A stretch of 40,617 bases of DNA, taken from the NCBI GenBank assembly GCA_010015585.1, contig ML975151.1; one strand, given 5' to 3'. Positions within the stretch are counted from its first letter, which is position 1. Every line of letters starts with the position of its first letter. Shown one piece after another: positions 1-10,573 of the stretch. The position numbers were made by a program, and so were the translations under genes. The notes beneath the pieces were generated by a model. It had not been told where the DNA came from. It was given only the letters and a program-made list of their open reading frames with translations, and ran no database searches. The DNA is from Eremomyces bilateralis CBS 781.70. Lineage: Eukaryota.

Positions 1-1058
1 AGAACAATGACAACTTGGACCGATGTCTGGCCAAATGATCAATGCTTGCTGTGGTTTGGGCTTTTTGCTGCGAGATATTAGTCGACACCATTGTGAGCAT
101 GCTCAGCCTTTGAGTCCTTTCCCCAAAGCTCTTGCCAATCAGTTTCTTCAGGTTTCTTTTGAAACTCGTTACAGCAATCGCTACAGCATCCCTCAAATGC
201 TCACTTAGGACCGTTGTTATGTTCAGATGCACCTCTTAGAAACCGGGACTGACTGACAATCTAAACCATGAATATCTGGGAAGCATAGAATCAGTCCTTA
301 GCCGGTGCTCAAATGGGATACCTATGAGGTCCATAAGGATATCATTAGCATAATTGCCGCAGAATGAGCATGGATTGTCTACTGGAGTTATATCAGTTCC
401 GATAGTTGTCAGTATAACCAGTCCCTAAATAACCATTACGGCCCTCCGCTTCCTGACTAAATGAAACGCAGTAGGGATTCAGACATATCTTGCCGTATTT
501 CGAACTTCATGTACCTCCCAAGAACTAGATCTCCCTCTAGGACCATTTTGATCGGAGATGAACGGGCCTGGAGGCGACAGTACGGTAGGCCCAAGGCCAG
601 GAGGACGAAGTATCATGGACTCTCCTGCTGCTTCATGGCCATAGATGATGATATCCAATTCCATACTCACGTGCCTTCAGCATGAATTCATTGCATGTGC
701 TCGGGAGTAACCGATACCGTTCAGTTCACTCGACACGTGGATAGCTGCATTCCGTTTGTTTGTCATTTTCTCTTGCCGGTAAATTAGGTGATATCATTAT
801 CACTAAGATGCAGCAGCGCCATCACTGATCGTGTGATTCTTCATAAAAGGTCACGCACTCACCTTGAATGTCAACTTCTTTCTTTTTCTTCTGCCAGTGT
901 TTATTTATCTCTCTTCCTCACGTACTTCGCACTTCGCACTCGGTTAGCATATTCCGAGTGTACTCCCTCGTTTAACTCTTTCAACCAGAGTTTAGTTATC
1001 AAAATTATCCACTCTGCTCTCACTCCTTTCACTGGTAACTTCCCAACTCACCTTCTGC

Positions 1059-3512
1059 ATGAAGTCGCTCAATGCCCTCCTGGGTCTCTTGGCCCTCAGA
1101 GCTACCCTCGCGGAGGCACTTCCGAAAGATCCAGCGTCCAATGCAATCACTGTCGTTGAACATGATGCCATGCTTCAAAATGCCTACTCGGTCGACCGCC
1201 ATCTCAGCCCCGGGCCCTCGGTGAGCTGCAGCAGTGGCTATACCTTCCCCGAAATCCTCCGCACCCCATTCAAGGAGGCATTCTGTGACCGCATGTCCAA
1301 CCAACAAGGATATCAGGGTGAGGGCGATAACACGAAATCATGGCTCTCGGTCCTGCATATCCCCGAGACGGGCGATCACACCGATGCCTCGTTCATCGTT
1401 GTCGCGCTAGTGGACCGACCTGGCGCCACCTTCGACTTCTCCACCTGCATGGCCGCTTTCGAACACTTGATCTATAGTTGCCCGGCCACTGGGGGGAGAT
1501 TCTATGGCGGAACTTATCTCGACAATAGCTTTGCCTGGATGATCAGTGTCCAGTCATACGCATCGTCACTTACGCCGGATGAGGGAAAGGTGGAGGTAGA
1601 GCTACCTAGCACCACCATCAGTCCTCGCGGTCAAGTTGAGCTGTCATCAGATGATCCACACATTGTCGGTAACTTGCCTCTCACCCCCGACGATTTTGAC
1701 ATATCACGTTACGGCCTAGACGTTTTCAAGTGCGACCCACCGACAAGCCGAGCCCTTCAGCGAACAGAGGCCTACAAATATGCATTCGAGTTCTGCAATT
1801 CCACGGCATTGACCAAGGCTTACTCTGTCATCGATGGGCGCCAGTACTGGGCTTGGCAAACAGAACAAGAGAGCGCTTCTGACGACAGCTATTTGGTCTA
1901 TTTCCTCGCATCGGGACCAGTGAACCACACGGTTGGGTATCACATCGACGAATGCCACGTTGCCGTGTATTCTCTGTTCCAGAAGTGTGGAGATTCGCAT
2001 CGACCGACGTACTACCCTGGAACGTTTGCCGATGACTTCGGCTTCATATGGTTCCTCCGAATAATCCAACGAAAGTCGGCTGCTCACAAGGTCTCGGCAA
2101 AGCAGGCGGAGGCAATCCTAGACGATACATTTGAGTCTGTCGAATTCGAAACCCATAAGCGTCTCGCATCAAAGGATATTGATGCTGGATCCACACCTGG
2201 TGAGAAGCGGACGTTGGATTCCTCCTCTACTGGCCTCGGACCTGGAATCATGACGAACACAGTCGACCTCAGCGATGTGGCACCCCCTTTATTTGCACAT
2301 GACGCTTATATCCAAGCCATGGTTGTGGAAGCGAGCGAAGGATGGCTTTCGTGCCAACCCACTTCTTCCCCAGTCGCAGCGACCGCTTTCGTCGGCAGGA
2401 TTATCACAGATTTCTGTACCGCCTCCACATCGTCATCTGGGGTCAAGGCAGGACCATCCACGTCATGGACCTCCTCGTTCCAACTTGTCGAGCGACATAA
2501 GGATATCCGTGTCGATATGAGCATCCAAACAGACTTTGACGACGGCAAATTCGACAGAGCCAAGTGTACCTCGACATACTGGAATAAAGTGATGGATGCA
2601 TGCGCACAGAAGAACGGTGATAGCTGGCTGTATCATGGTGGCGCCTACTTCGATGGGGAATTCGAGTGGAGCTTCACGATGACGAATCTCAACCCCGGCG
2701 CCGCCAATGTCAAGAACCTCGAATCCAGAGCTGTAGACACTAACGAGGATGCAAAGATCGCTCCCCGCGACACGACCGCCACCCAGGGCATCATCCACTG
2801 CAATAACAACGATGATCAAGCCGTCAGCTCCGATGAAATGAGCGGCGCAGTCACCAACTTCTGCGAGCGGACCTCCGACACGAGGCTTTTTGGGATCGCA
2901 TCGACGACGTACTCTTTCCCGAACTTCTCGGTCGAGCTGTCTTCTACGGTGCCTGCGACTGGAAACTGGTCGTATGATGTGACCAAGTGCACAGACAGCT
3001 TCTGGCAAATCCTTCATAGTTGTCAAGCTAGCAGTATCGATCCTATCAAGCATCACGGAGGATCGAATGACGAACTCAATCATATCTGGAAAGTCAGCAT
3101 CCAAAAGAAGGCGACAGATGGTCAAGACGCCGTATCTCTTGCGGATCACGAAGATGTGGACGCGACCGCAGCTCAGAGGCGTATTGTATGCAAAGGTATC
3201 AACTCACCCGAAGAGATTACCAACTATTTGAACCCGGCCATCGGGGATTTCTGCAGATCCAAGGCTGGGGGGCAGAATCAAGGAAGATGGGTTGGGTGGT
3301 TCAAACCTGCAAATCAGAAGATTCGTCTCTCCGTCGAAGGCCCGGAAGTCGGGACTTTTACTCCGGGTGAATGCGAGGAGGGGTTTTTCACCGTGAGGGA
3401 TGCCTGTCATGGGACGGTAGGACCAGGATGGTCGAAAGGCGGAGTTAACTTTGACGGAGACTGGCACTGGTACACCGATATCTGGGACTCCTGGGGAGAC
3501 ATGAAGTCATGA
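1059..3512 (+). CDS. Secreted cysteine-rich protein with five tandem ~105-115 aa 4-Cys modules (fungal lectin-2/LDL-like), probable polyprotein
   Basis: Single 817-aa ORF. Signal peptide MKSLNALLGLLALRATLA. Five modules share C-x(18-20)-FC...C-x(10-11)-C...GG...W (PG in module 2). Linkers are acidic and contain KR/RR/PR sites. Confidence 0.85.
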   Translation: MKSLNALLGLLALRATLAEALPKDPASNAITVVEHDAMLQNAYSVDRHLSPGPSVSCSSGYTFPEILRTPFKEAFCDRMSNQQGYQGEGDNTKSWLSVLHIPETGDHTDASFIVVALVDRPGATFDFSTCMAAFEHLIYSCPATGGRFYGGTYLDNSFAWMISVQSYASSLTPDEGKVEVELPSTTISPRGQVELSSDDPHIVGNLPLTPDDFDISRYGLDVFKCDPPTSRALQRTEAYKYAFEFCNSTALTKAYSVIDGRQYWAWQTEQESASDDSYLVYFLASGPVNHTVGYHIDECHVAVYSLFQKCGDSHRPTYYPGTFADDFGFIWFLRIIQRKSAAHKVSAKQAEAILDDTFESVEFETHKRLASKDIDAGSTPGEKRTLDSSSTGLGPGIMTNTVDLSDVAPPLFAHDAYIQAMVVEASEGWLSCQPTSSPVAATAFVGRIITDFCTASTSSSGVKAGPSTSWTSSFQLVERHKDIRVDMSIQTDFDDGKFDRAKCTSTYWNKVMDACAQKNGDSWLYHGGAYFDGEFEWSFTMTNLNPGAANVKNLESRAVDTNEDAKIAPRDTTATQGIIHCNNNDDQAVSSDEMSGAVTNFCERTSDTRLFGIASTTYSFPNFSVELSSTVPATGNWSYDVTKCTDSFWQILHSCQASSIDPIKHHGGSNDELNHIWKVSIQKKATDGQDAVSLADHEDVDATAAQRRIVCKGINSPEEITNYLNPAIGDFCRSKAGGQNQGRWVGWFKPANQKIRLSVEGPEVGTFTPGECEEGFFTVRDACHGTVGPGWSKGGVNFDGDWHWYTDIWDSWGDMKS

Positions 3513-3783
3513 AGCATCGTTGAAAGGGTTGACGTGGCGACTTCTCGGGAGGCAGCAGCAAGCAAGCAAGCAACGATGGGGCGGATGTAGGAGATGATAA
3601 TGGAATGGCATAACGGACCGACTGTTTTCATGATTCATAGGAAGAGGTAGATTCAGTTCGAAAGTAGAACAATCAAATGCTCCATTCATTCAACCTCCAT
3701 CTTCTCTGACCAACATGAACTCGCCCTTAACTTCGACAATCCCATAGAACTCCATCCATAATGCACCACCCCACACCTACCAC

Positions 3784-4266
3784 CTACGCCTTCCCCTCCC
3801 CCGCCCCCTTCTCCTCCCCTTCCGCCAACTTCAACGCCAACTCCCCCGCCGTCGGCGTCCCCGGTATATCCACCAACACCGCCGGATCCTTCTTCCGCTG
3901 CTCCAGCAACTGCGCCCACTTCTCCCGCCCCGACCCCTCCGTCATCTCCTCGAAGCCTGTGCCATGGGTGTCCGGGCGTCCGCCGGGCGCGCCGGCGGCC
4001 GCGTCGCTACCTGCTTGAGATACGGCGGCGTTTCTGCCCACGGGGGATATGGGTGTGCTGTCGAGCTCGGCGGGTTCGGGATTGATGGGGGGTTGGGAGG
4101 TGTGGATGGGGTTGGAGGAGGTGGAGGTGGTGGGGTTGTGGGAGGTGGAGGTGGAGGGGGAGATGGGGGTGGATGAGAGGGGTGGGTTGGTGGCGGCGGA
4201 GGTCATTCCGGGAACGGGCTTGGATGGTGGGACGGAATATGGCGGCTCCGCGGGATGGGGATGCAC
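3784..4266 (-). CDS. Hypothetical Pro/Ser/Thr-rich protein (160 aa)
   Basis: ATG-initiated ORF with a low-complexity N-half and PAELDSTP and DPAVLVDIPGTP motifs that resemble fungal hypothetical proteins. It shows the same C-rich to G-rich gradient as neighbouring real genes. Confidence 0.65.
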   Translation of the reverse strand: MHPHPAEPPYSVPPSKPVPGMTSAATNPPLSSTPISPSTSTSHNPTTSTSSNPIHTSQPPINPEPAELDSTPISPVGRNAAVSQAGSDAAAGAPGGRPDTHGTGFEEMTEGSGREKWAQLLEQRKKDPAVLVDIPGTPTAGELALKLAEGEEKGAGEGKA

Positions 4267-5178
4267 CGGTTAAGATTTGGGCCGGGTGGGAACCGTCTCT
4301 TATCTCTAATCTTTGCTGGTTTCTGGGATATTGGATGATGTCGGAGTTCGGAGGGTTGAGTTATGTGGTGGTGGGGCCTAATGGAGGCTTGAGGTTCTGG
4401 AGACACCGGAATGATATACCGGTGCACGTGATGCGATATCGTCCGGTACGTACCTCGACTTCCTTTCTGGTTCACATGAGATTCTCATTCTCATTCCCCA
4501 GCGTCTGTAGGCCGAAAACTACCATTTCCGAAAGCTGATCGAGGCTATGCATGATCAGTGTGCCATTCCCGAGATTTCAACGCTTGTTTCAACGTCATGG
4601 CGAAGGATTGGCGCTGACTGGCGATCATTCGGATTGCGACAGAAGTCCTCATAAGTCGCCTCAGACCAAAGTCAACAGAACGGTTATCAGCGATTCCTCG
4701 CCAATGGTAGGGACTGGGGAAGCCTAAAGTCGCCTCTCGTACGGAGTATCACAGGACCCAGCCTGGCCCGGATGCATATCAATCGAAAATTCGAAATGAG
4801 GGATCCTGGCCTGGGTGTTTCCACGGATCGACTACCGTAGCGTATCCCTATCCTCGGCGTGTCGCAACTGCAGCCCATCATCGACCTACGGGACGGGGGC
4901 TTCCCGGATCCGAGACCAGCATCCCGCAATACCGCCTAACAGGTATCCTGCAATAAGGTAATGACCCAAATGGCTTGTGACCATAACCCATGAGCCGTTA
5001 TTACTACCGTCATTCATTTCTTTTTCGTTTAACCGAGTCTTCTTATATATCTAGTCCTTGTCTGTTCAGAAATCCCTTAGATGTGCATAAGTTCTAGAAA
5101 TTAAGTCCGTTGGGGAATACTTGACTGATGCCATCTGCTTGAGAAGATTCACCGGTTTTGACTTCCCTTTTATCAAAT

Positions 5179-6326
5179 ATGTTGTCGGAGTTAGTCGCCG
5201 CCAAGTTGACTTGGCTGGCGGTGGTCACTGGCAAGGCGGTCTTATGGATCGCTGTGATTTATCCCTCACTATTCCTGGTTGGACCTATTATCGCAGGTAC
5301 ATCTTGAAGGTTACCAAGCGCCCTATGACATGCTAATTTGATATAGCGTCCGTTATGCGAATATCCTACCTTGTTCGTGGTATTCCGCCTGGTGGCACGC
5401 CTCTTGCAGGCAAGAAAGAGATCACTTCGTTTATCTCCGAAGATGATGCGGCTGAGATGAAGAGGAGAAACATCGACCCGGATCTCCCGATCCTCAAGCG
5501 CATCGCCGCAGAGTCTGTCACATACACCGGTGGACTCCCTGCCGTACTGCTCCAGATCGCCCAGGAAGGGGTTGGAAAAGGCGTGGGTCGCCACAGCAAC
5601 TTCTCGACCCGTCTCCTCGAACGCACGCAGAACACGGCCATCTTCATCTACGTCATGGTCTTCGGCAACAATACCGAGCGACAGATGTTCCGCACCTTCG
5701 TAACCATGGCCCACAAGAAGATCAACGACAAACGTACGAAGAATACCTACGATGCGATGGATCCCAGACTGCAGCTGTGGGTCGCCGCCACCATGTACGC
5801 CACCATGCTAGACAGCTACGAGAAAGTATTCGGCCGCCTTCCAGAACACGAGCAAGAGCAAGCCTTCCAGGAATTCTCCATCTTCGGCACCTCCCTGCAG
5901 GTGCCCCTGACCATGTGGCCGCAAGACCGCGCGGCCTTCCAAGCCTACTGGGACGACATGGTCGCGAACCTCCACGTCCCCGCCGAGGCCTACAAGACGA
6001 CACGCGATCTCTTCCAGCCGAAGTATAGCAAGCTCCCCCTCGGACTCGCCGTGCTCCTCGCCTTCACGCGACCGCTGACCCTCGCCGTGGCGACCGAGGA
6101 GCTGCCGCCGCACGTGGCAGTGCAGTTCGGGCTGACAAGCTCGTGGCGGACGAAGTTGCTGCACGGTGCGTTGCAGGGGTTCCATAAGCTGACATTCCCG
6201 TATTATCCGGCGTTTGTGCGGCAGTGGCAGAAGAATTATTATTTGTGGATGATGAGGGAGCGGATGACGAAGAAGGGGATGACGAGGAATGGGCGGCATA
6301 TCTCTACGGAGCTGTTGGGGGCATAG
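5179..6326 (+). CDS. MpaB/DUF2236 (ER-bound oxygenase / rubber-oxygenase-like) protein with N-terminal membrane anchor
   Basis: Exon 1 (5179-5296) encodes the hydrophobic MLSELVAAKLTWLAVVTGKAVLWIAVIYPSLFLVGPIIA. Intron 5297-5346 (GTACAT...GCTAAT...TAG) joins in frame to the 5355 ORF. Motifs: GGLPAVLLQIA, RLLERTQNT, AHKKIN, YDAMDPRLQLWVAAT, WPQDRAAFQAYW. Confidence 0.88.
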
Positions 6327-6978
6327 AGACGTGCGAATGGCATGGCATGGATAGATGTATGTTTTTTATGCGATACATAGGAGGGATAAGCGACAGGTGC
6401 AGTATGAACCTTAAACTGTGGGGGGCCGCAGGATGATTCGGTCGATGTTTGTTTAGCTTTCGCAATAGATTGCATTGTATGGTATCCAAGATCGCTCATC
6501 TGACATCCTATCTACCTCCATTTCCGTGACAGTACCGTCATATCCATGAACGGTAGGTCGGATACAAACCCAACCGGTTGCATCCCCGAACTGTACCGAG
6601 GACCGCCGCTAATAAACATCATATCATGCAAGCAGCCAAACAGTGACAGGCCATACATGACTGTACATGTATTCCAATATGCCAATATAGTGTGCTGTGT
6701 TAAAGGAGCATTCCTAGGTAATCTAACACCATCATGCCTTCATGACCGGCGCTAGAAGTTTCGTATGCATCTGGAGACGCGAACATCCGAGATCCCGGAA
6801 CCCAACTGCTTGGTTGGGGGATGCAGTGACCGCAAGCGAGTGGCTCAGCGCTTTATACTCTTGACATGTATCGTTCCACTGAAACGGAACGGTCCAGGCA
6901 AACAGACCTGAAGCCTGTCATTAGTAGGGAGAATATCTCATGGGCAACCAATGCCAACGGCGATTCGCACCATGCGCT

Positions 6979-8202
6979 TCAGAACCCATCTCCCGCCTTA
7001 TATTCCCTCCCTGAGACCTCCGCTCTGATGCGCGGATCCATCCCCCGCTCAAGCGCGACCCTCCTCCCCGAACCGAGCTCATTCCGAAGCCGTCCCACCT
7101 CGTCCTTCAACCACCGTTCCCGACTTTCCGCCGGGAACTCCAGATCCTCCCAGCGCGTCACCGCACCATTCATCCCACCTTCCCACACCTCCCTATTCTC
7201 CCGAAACCACCCCGCCAACTCCCGCTCCAACCCCTGCATCCGCCACCTTACCTCAAACCACCTCCCAAACTCCTCGTCGTCCTCGAAACACACCCCGTAC
7301 CCGTCGCAGTAGCACGCGTGCATCGCCGGACACACCTCGCTCTCCCCCGCAAACACCACCTGCCACAGATACTCCCAGATGCGCCCGCTCATCGAGTCGC
7401 GGATGCTCGTGCGCAGCAGCCAGTCGCGGAAGAAGATCCATCGGCCGCGCGGCGTGCGCTGGATCACCTCCCGCGTCACCGCCATCTGGCTGCAACACGG
7501 CTGGGCTAGCGTTTGCGGGATGTCGGTAAGGGGGAATAGCTCGCTAAAGGCGCGGGCGATGAAGAGTTCCTCTTTGCGGTCGGGGACTTCAGCGGTGGCG
7601 CCCGGGTGCAGCCAGGCCGGGCAGCCGGGGTCCCAGTGGCAGCGGAGGTTCATGTAGCCGTGGGAGCGGGCGAGGCGGTGGTAGTTGAGGCGGCGGAGGG
7701 ACTCGGCGATGTCGTGGTTGAGGAGGTCATTGTTGTGCCAGGCGGTGCGGTGGTTGTGGAGGAAGAGGATGACGGCGGGGAGGGTGTCGTAGTGGTCGAT
7801 TATGTAGGTCAAGTAGATCATGGCTTCGTTGCCTTTGTTTTTGGGTGGGTGGAGCGGCGCGGAGAGGTCGTCGGCGACGTAGATGGCGGTGGAGACCGGG
7901 TGGGGCAGGTCGTCGAGCCAGGTCGTATTCTCTTTCTTGAGGCGCGGGATCACGAGGACCATGCTATCTGGCTGTCCCAGCGCTTCTCGATCGGGAGCAG
8001 GTTGCGACTCCAGGCTGGGAAGGCTCCACATGAGCTCCGGTGGCAGCGTTGGGGGGTCCTCGGGTTTCGGTGTCGGCTTCGGGCGCAGCCCCGCCAGCCA
8101 TGTTTGCCATGGTTTCTGGAGATCATGGCTAAAATGAAGAAATATGACACAGCCTATTATGAGGAATATAACCAGTTCGATATACCGGCGGAGTCGGGGC
8201 AT
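6979..8202 (-). CDS. DUF3431 family type II membrane protein
   Basis: True ATG is at 8202 (the ORF-track start at 8298 is TTG). N-terminal TM segment YIELVIFLIIGCVIFLHF. Motifs NKGNEAMIYLTYIIDHYDTLP, AWHNND, GYMNLRCHWDPGCP, QPCCSQ and SGRIWEYLWQ are typical of DUF3431. Confidence 0.9.
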   Translation of the reverse strand: MPRLRRYIELVIFLIIGCVIFLHFSHDLQKPWQTWLAGLRPKPTPKPEDPPTLPPELMWSLPSLESQPAPDREALGQPDSMVLVIPRLKKENTTWLDDLPHPVSTAIYVADDLSAPLHPPKNKGNEAMIYLTYIIDHYDTLPAVILFLHNHRTAWHNNDLLNHDIAESLRRLNYHRLARSHGYMNLRCHWDPGCPAWLHPGATAEVPDRKEELFIARAFSELFPLTDIPQTLAQPCCSQMAVTREVIQRTPRGRWIFFRDWLLRTSIRDSMSGRIWEYLWQVVFAGESEVCPAMHACYCDGYGVCFEDDEEFGRWFEVRWRMQGLERELAGWFRENREVWEGGMNGAVTRWEDLEFPAESRERWLKDEVGRLRNELGSGRRVALERGMDPRIRAEVSGREYKAGDGF

Positions 8203-9218
8203 GGTTCGGTAGCGTGCTCGGCGAGTCGTTCGTGCTACGGGACTTCGCGCGGGTCTCTTGAATGGCGCATGGATCGTGGCACCGCCTGCGCAAATCAACA
8301 GTCAGCTTCATGGAGTCTCGGAAGCGCGTCGAAGAGATTCAGACATACTAGGTATGATATAAATTTCCAAGGATAAATGTTCCGGGATGTAGTGGGGGGT
8401 TCGCGACTCAATATATGCTGGATCCAAAAGGTGACGAGTCGTCTGGGCTCCACGAGAGAGTTCCGTCGTTTCCTACATAAAGACGATTCTCGCCTCCAAA
8501 ATATAATATTTGGGAGGTCGGGGAAGGTAGAATGTGTAACCACGGATGTGTAAGATTCAGGAACACACCGACGCGGGCAGGTGCTGGAATCAACTATGGT
8601 TTGGGGCGGAGTTTTGGGATCCTTCAAGAGGTATTCTTTGCGAAGGAGCAGGAAACGTGAATATGGAAACCAATGGGATAATAGGCTCCTTGTTTGTGAT
8701 AGTGATTACTTATTCCATTATCATATCAATCGATAAGAAGGAATACCTATCATAGTTCACAGGCGTGTCCTCCCAATGTGAAAGAGAAGGGGATTATCAA
8801 ACCTCCATCGTGGCGAATCTTTATGCAGGGACATGGCTTAGCGTCCCATCACCGCCATGCTTCACCAAATGTGCCCCTAAAAAAGTGCAATACCTATCAA
8901 GAAGTTCCATTTTTGGAAAGCCGCTACAGGCATATTTATGGCATACTATTTATACACAAGCCTGTTTGAAGCGTTCTGCACCTGTAACTCACCACTTGGG
9001 AGCAATGACATGAAGCGTATCTGTACCAACACGATCCCGAATCCCATGACCGGCATCCGTGACCCGTCAAATGCCGCGACTTCTCCAGAGTCCAGCAATC
9101 TCTCTTCCAAGTTCTAAGGATATAGCGCTCACCCACTATTCACCCAAGGACATGCAATCGGCGATCCTGTTCATGAAATGCCGGAAGTGAAGGGTTGCAA
9201 AACCCCTACATATCGCCC

Positions 9219-10573
9219 TCAATCGCGACGTCGGTGATAATAGTCGTCGCCATACCCATAATCCTCATTGCGGTACTCCCCTCCACCGCGGCGATGGCGT
9301 CTCTCGTAATCATAGTCATCCCACTCATTTCGCCGACCATAGTTGCGCTCTTCTCGATATACATATCGATGACGTTGAGACCGATGATGGCCGACTTCAG
9401 TTCGGAGCCCTTCTTGTCCCTCAGGCAGGTATCGATCATACCGCCCCTTCCTAGATCCATCGGACGCATGGGATCCACCATACTCATAGCCATCCGACCT
9501 GTACCGCTCGATGTTGCGCGGTGTCCTGTACGAGCGCACCGGCCTCCCGTAGTAGGGTTGGTGTTGATACCCGAGATACCGCCCGGGCGTCGGCTTCCGC
9601 CCATAGGCGCGGAACGCCTTCTCGAGGTGGAGCGACTTGCCGGCGAGGGTCTGGCCGTCGATGGTGGCGATGGCGCGGTCAGCCTCGTCAGCTGTGGCCA
9701 TGGTGACGAAGGCGAAGATGCGGCGGGGAGGGCCGATCTTCGGGGATGGGACGATGTTGCAGGTGCGAACGGTGCCGCAGGTAGCGAAGAGGGTGATCAG
9801 GTCATGGGCGGTGGCGCTGGCGGCGACATCGCTGATGTAGATATTCGTGCCATTGTTGTGGGCTTCGTCATCGTCGTTGATAGGTTCGTAGCTTGACGAC
9901 GGAGGTCTGATGTGAGGTGGTTAGAGATGTTTATGTGTTTGGTGTAGACTGCTGGGTTCGAGCGATCCAGGGCTTCTGACGCGACTGGTGGATACGGTTG
10001 TAATTGCGGGGATTTTGTTTATTCTTTGCGACGAGAGCAATAGGAGTATAGAGAGCGACTTGTCGGTCATAGCATACCTAGTATCACGGCGTTCATTTCC
10101 ACGAGTGGAGCACTGCCCCTCAGACTCATTCCAGTTTCCACCATTGGTAGAGATCCTGCCAGAGTCCCCAGCCGTGCTTCTCAAAGCCAAGTCCCCGGGA
10201 GAATGGGTCTCGCTTCGCACAGGGCGAGTTTTCCCATCAACTTGATCTCTCACCTTACCATCGCCATCGCCGACCTCTGGGTTGTAGACGCTGGAGTTCC
10301 CGGCCCAGGAGGTAGGAAGCGTCTCAGCCGCATCAGATCTCGCCCCGCAGCCATTGTTGGTGCCATGACCATCCGGCCGACCACGAGACTGAGGCTCAGG
10401 TTGAACTGTACGGAAAGTGTTGGTTAGTATGTTGGGGAAATGGATGAGAAATTGAAGAATTCCTTACAGGTTCCAGATCTCCATCGGGGACTGCGGCTCG
10501 GGCTGCGGGAGCGGGAGCGACCAGGGACGGAAAGACTGGGGCTGCGGCTGTCCCTTCCCGTTTTGGCCGCCAT
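9219..10573 (-). CDS. Divergent Tra2-like SR/RRM RNA-binding protein
   Basis: Exons 10573-10468 (MAAKTGRDSRSPSLSVPGRSRSRSPSRSPR), 10405-10078 and 9906-9219 join in frame across GT-AG introns with CTAAC branch sites. The RRM (NIYISDV...IFAFVTM) is followed by KPTPGRYLG, the Tra2 linker motif, and an R/Y/D-rich tail. Confidence 0.78.

Noticed and set aside
1059..3512. Dikaritin/KEP RiPP precursor interpretation
   Set aside because: The modules are ~110-aa disulfide domains, not short near-identical core peptides, and no DUF3328/UstYa gene is in the window.
3556..3573. (agca)n microsatellite after the secreted-protein gene
   Set aside because: Short and common, with no functional evidence.
7606..8376. 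256-aa + strand ORF
   Set aside because: Antisense shadow of the GC-rich DUF3431 gene, with a V/G/E-biased composition typical of reverse frames.
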